DNA from: Nitrospinota bacterium
Lineage (GTDB): Bacteria > UBA8248
Reading direction: 5' to 3'
Assembly (NCBI GenBank): GCA_046581755.1
Contig: JAYGFR010000251.1
Location: forward strand, 1 to 11,011
DNA: 11,011 nt
Positions within the stretch are counted from its first letter, which is position 1, and every line of letters starts with the position of its first letter. A program made the position numbers and the translations under genes. Below the pieces are notes generated by a model, which saw only the letters and a program-made list of their open reading frames with translations, searched no databases and was not told where the DNA came from. This document shows positions 8,351-11,011 of the stretch, piece by piece.

Positions 8351-8369
8351 GGGCGCTCTCCTTCCCATC

Positions 8370-9542
8370 TTAGGCAGTAGAGCAGTCTCCGTAGCTCTGG
8401 GAGAAATTTTTGCCCTCGCGGAAGCGCCTCAGGCCGAAGGGGGAGGCGTCCATGGCCTTGAATCCGCCGTCTGCGATGAGTTCGGCCATCAGCAGGCCCA
8501 CCATGGGACTGAGCTTGAATCCGTGTCCGCTGAAGCCCACGGCGTAGTGGAAGCCTTCCACCTCGTCGGAGCGGTCTAGGATGGGGTTCCAGTCGGGGGT
8601 GACCGTGTAGAGGCCGGCAAGGGTGTGATGCACCCCAGCGTCCGCGAACCGCGGCATGCGCTTCGCCAGCAGCCCCGCAATCTTCTCGATGAAATCCGTG
8701 TCTGCCGTTTCTTTATAACTGTCCGGATCGACGGGGGCGGGGTTGTCCACCCCGCTCCCGCACAGAGCGATGTTATTGCCTCCGGCCCGGAAGTAGATTT
8801 GCAGGGCGATGTCCTTCACCACGGGATACTCGTTGCCGTAGTCGAAGTTCGCCTGAAAGTGGACGATCTGCTGACGGGTGAGGTGCAAAGGGAGCTGGAG
8901 GCCCACCTGTTCGGCGATACCCTGGCTCCAGGGGCCCGCGGCGTCGATCACGACCGGTGAATCCACTGCGCCCTTGTCGGTGTCCACCCCGCGAATCTTT
9001 CCCCCTTCGTGCCGCACCCGGGTCACCTTGGTCCCCTGGTTGATCTCGCAGCCGCCCCGCTTAGCCAGGTTGGCGAACGACTGGGTGAGGCCGTGGGGGT
9101 CGGCGTAGCCCGAGCGTTTCTCGTAGGCGGCGCGCGTGATGCCCTCGGTATTCAACAAGGGATGGAGCTCGCGGGCCTCTTGTGGGGTGATCTCCCAGGT
9201 CTCCACCCCCACCTCTTGGGAAATTTTGAGGTTGTGCTCGAAACCCGCTTCCTTTTCTTCGGGGACGCTGATGATGTAGCCCGTGTTCACGAAGCCGCAA
9301 TTTTTTCCCGTTTCTTCGTCGAAGGTTTCAAGCATTTGCAACGCCTTCCACGCCATCTCCGTGGTCGGCCGGTTCGAGTAGTGGTTCCGCACGAGGGCGC
9401 AGGAGCGGCCGCTCGATCCGTAGCCGATGGCATCCTTCTCCAGGAGGACGATGTCCTTCATGCCTTTTTTGGTGAGCTGGTAAGCGATGCTGCAGCCAAT
9501 GACGCCACCGCCGATCACGACAGCATCCGCTGTAGTTTTCAT
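8370..9542 (-). CDS. FAD-binding oxidoreductase, DAO family (sarcosine oxidase beta/monomeric-like), 390 aa
   Basis: Start reassigned to ATG 9542 with SD GAGGAG. Motifs: ADAVVIGGGVIG, GSSGRSCALVR, GYADP, VVIDAAGPWS, GLYTVTPDWNPIL, GFSGHGFKLSPMVG. Confidence 0.95.
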   Translation of the reverse strand: MKTTADAVVIGGGVIGCSIAYQLTKKGMKDIVLLEKDAIGYGSSGRSCALVRNHYSNRPTTEMAWKALQMLETFDEETGKNCGFVNTGYIISVPEEKEAGFEHNLKISQEVGVETWEITPQEARELHPLLNTEGITRAAYEKRSGYADPHGLTQSFANLAKRGGCEINQGTKVTRVRHEGGKIRGVDTDKGAVDSPVVIDAAGPWSQGIAEQVGLQLPLHLTRQQIVHFQANFDYGNEYPVVKDIALQIYFRAGGNNIALCGSGVDNPAPVDPDSYKETADTDFIEKIAGLLAKRMPRFADAGVHHTLAGLYTVTPDWNPILDRSDEVEGFHYAVGFSGHGFKLSPMVGLLMAELIADGGFKAMDASPFGLRRFREGKNFSQSYGDCSTA

Positions 9543-9622
9543 GGCGCTCTCCTCACTCCGGCGCGTTTGTCGTCCTGTCCAAATATTCATCTGAATTCTA
9601 AGTCTCTTTTTTTAAAAATGTC

Positions 9623-9714
9623 CATGGTGAATTACTAATTCGCCACCCAGAGGATCTAAAACGCGTCTGAATGGGGCAGTGTAGGTCGGTGCGGGTGGCA
9701 TGGCGAATTCCTAA
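9623..9714 (+). repeat. Long copy 2 of the intergenic repeat plus the start of a tandem copy
   Basis: 9623-9698 is a direct repeat of 4865-4941. It is followed immediately by CATGGCGAATTCCTAA (9699-9714), which restarts the unit with a 76-bp period. Core palindrome: TGGTGAATTA-C-TAATTCGCCA. Confidence 0.9.
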
Positions 9715-9818
9715 CCTAGCAGCCGTAGAGATGTAATACAGGTCTCGACAATGTGGTTGAAGTCAAAATTTCTCACATTTACTTGAATGGTTGGACACTT
9801 CGATTTGAGTGCTACGGC

Positions 9819-9919
9819 AGGGGGTATTAAAGGGGGTATCTTCCATTTGTGGGCATGAATAATCTTTATAACCAATTGTATATTTTAACGTTTAAGCATG
9901 AGTTCGATTCCCGCCGCCT
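9819..9919 (+). mobile_element. Putative attR-like junction of a tmRNA-targeting integrative element (remnant)
   Basis: Perfect direct repeat AGGGGGTAT at 9819-9827 and 9831-9839. Imperfect IHF-like site TAACCAATTGTAT at 9869-9881. GTTCGATTCCCGCCGCCT at 9902-9919 resembles the T-loop, T-stem and acceptor strand of a tmRNA 3' end. Confidence 0.55.
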
Positions 9920-10123
9920 AAGGTTAATTTTCGTTCGATTTTCTTTTAAGGAATTGGAAAAGCCGTTGGTTTCGCTACGTTTTTCTCCCTCCTCTCCAAA
10001 TACACGATCAAGTCTTAAATTTTTGTCTGAAAGAGCTTATTATCAGACTTCAAAAGCATTGATTTTTAAGGGATCCATTTTTGCGGAGTACAGCAGGTAA
10101 TTTTACAGGAAGGAGATGGCGAT

Positions 10124-10819
10124 ATGAGTCAAAGCGAAAACCTGGATCAATTCCTCAAGCCCACGGAATTTATTGATTCGGACAACTCTGAAATTATTGC
10201 CAAAGCGAAGGAATTGACTGAAAGGTGTTCTGACGAAAAAGAAAGGCTCGGAAAAATTTATTACTTCGTGAGAAATTTCCCATATGACATCTTGAATTCT
10301 TTCCGCTATCTGGCGGAGGAGAAGCGTCAGGCAAGCGATGTTTTGAAGAGCGGACAAGCCTTTTGCATGGGAAAGGCGAGTATGTTCGCCGCCCTATGCC
10401 GGGCGGCCAACATTCCATCGCGCATCGGTTTCCAACAGCTTCATTGCCCCGACAAGCCCTTTATGAATGAAGAGGTCGCCCGCATTTGGGGTGACCGCAA
10501 ACTGCCCTGGCATTCGCTCGGGGAGGCCTACCTGAACGGCAAGTGGCTCAAGCTCGATGCCACCATCGACAAAGAATTTGCCGCGAGAAAAGGCAGACAA
10601 TATAGCCAGGAATTTGACGGCGAACACGACATTCCCTCTGTGGAAGGCCCACTTATCAAGAACCTCGAGAGTCACGCGGACTACCCAAAGGATGTGGCCG
10701 ACTGGTACGAACAAGTGGCCAAAGAAGTCGTGAATTCTGTTGATGAAAATGTGGCTCACAAAGATGTACTTACAGACGAGAAATGGTCGGGACCCGAAGC
10801 GAAAAATTTGAAACGGTAA
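10124..10819 (+). CDS. Transglutaminase-like domain protein (Cys-His-Asp triad)
   Basis: SD AAGGAG. Motifs: FLKPTEFIDSD, IYYFVR, ASDVL..G.AFCMGKASMFAALCRAANIPSR (catalytic Cys), WHSLGEAYLNGKWLKLDAT (His, Asp). Confidence 0.92.
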   Translation: MSQSENLDQFLKPTEFIDSDNSEIIAKAKELTERCSDEKERLGKIYYFVRNFPYDILNSFRYLAEEKRQASDVLKSGQAFCMGKASMFAALCRAANIPSRIGFQQLHCPDKPFMNEEVARIWGDRKLPWHSLGEAYLNGKWLKLDATIDKEFAARKGRQYSQEFDGEHDIPSVEGPLIKNLESHADYPKDVADWYEQVAKEVVNSVDENVAHKDVLTDEKWSGPEAKNLKR

Positions 10820-10857
10820 TCCGCTTCCCCTAAATGATGGGTTTTCGGGAGTGCACG

Positions 10858-11011
10858 ATGCGAGTGATTTCATGGGACACAAACGCCAGATCCCGAAGTG
10901 TCGATGGGCAAGCGGAGTTCCTTCGGAAAAGGAGGCCGGATATCATCGCATTACAGGAGGTGACACTTAAAAGCGCACCGCTTTTTCGGGCGGAACTCCG
11001 AGAATTCGGAT
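10858..11011 (+). CDS. Endonuclease/exonuclease/phosphatase (EEP) family protein, N-terminal part, running off the window
   Basis: Manual translation gives MRVISWDTNARSRSVDGQAEFLRKRRPDIIALQEVTLKSAPLFRAELREFG. GGGAG SD upstream. MRVISW and PDIIALQEV are hallmark EEP N-terminal motifs. Confidence 0.8.
   Translation, partial: MRVISWDTNARSRSVDGQAEFLRKRRPDIIALQEVTLKSAPLFRAELREFG

Noticed and set aside
4865..9714. Repeats as a CRISPR array
   Set aside because: The copies are dispersed, degenerate and in both orientations. The 76-bp unit is conserved along its whole length with no unique spacers, and no cas genes are in the window.
9896..9925. Functional tRNA or tmRNA gene
   Set aside because: Only the T-loop and 3' strand are present. 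The 5' T-stem strand, the rest of the fold and the CCA end are missing, so it is kept only as an att-like fragment.
9721..10100. Integrase C-terminal remnant before the arm-type repeat, and the 83-aa ORF 9849-10100
   Set aside because: I saw no tyrosine-recombinase motifs in the forward frames examined. The 83-aa ORF crosses the att-like site in AT-rich DNA and has no recognisable features.

Overview
Bacterial window of mostly GC-rich metabolic genes separated by AT-richer spacers. From left to right: the 3' part of an aldo/keto reductase; a heterodimeric ABC exporter pair (MdlAB/BmrCD/TM287-288 type); a four-gene catabolic cluster; a transglutaminase-like protein; and the 5' end of an EEP-family nuclease/phosphatase that the ORF track missed. 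The cluster holds an enlarged DAO-family flavoprotein, a divergently transcribed M19-family amidohydrolase lacking the usual HxD/Glu metal ligands, an orphan protein and a sarcosine-oxidase-like flavoprotein. The most interesting signals are non-coding. (1) A palindromic repeat family (core TGGYGAATTASTAATTCRCCA) has about 7 copies in three spacers, and two long ~77-bp direct copies bracket the four-gene cluster. (2) A consensus sigma54 promoter with no gene downstream sits between an inverted pair of these repeats. (3) An attR-like site consists of a tandem AGGGGGTAT repeat, an IHF-like site and an 18-bp fragment resembling the tmRNA 3' end. All family calls come from motif recognition by eye; no database search was run.
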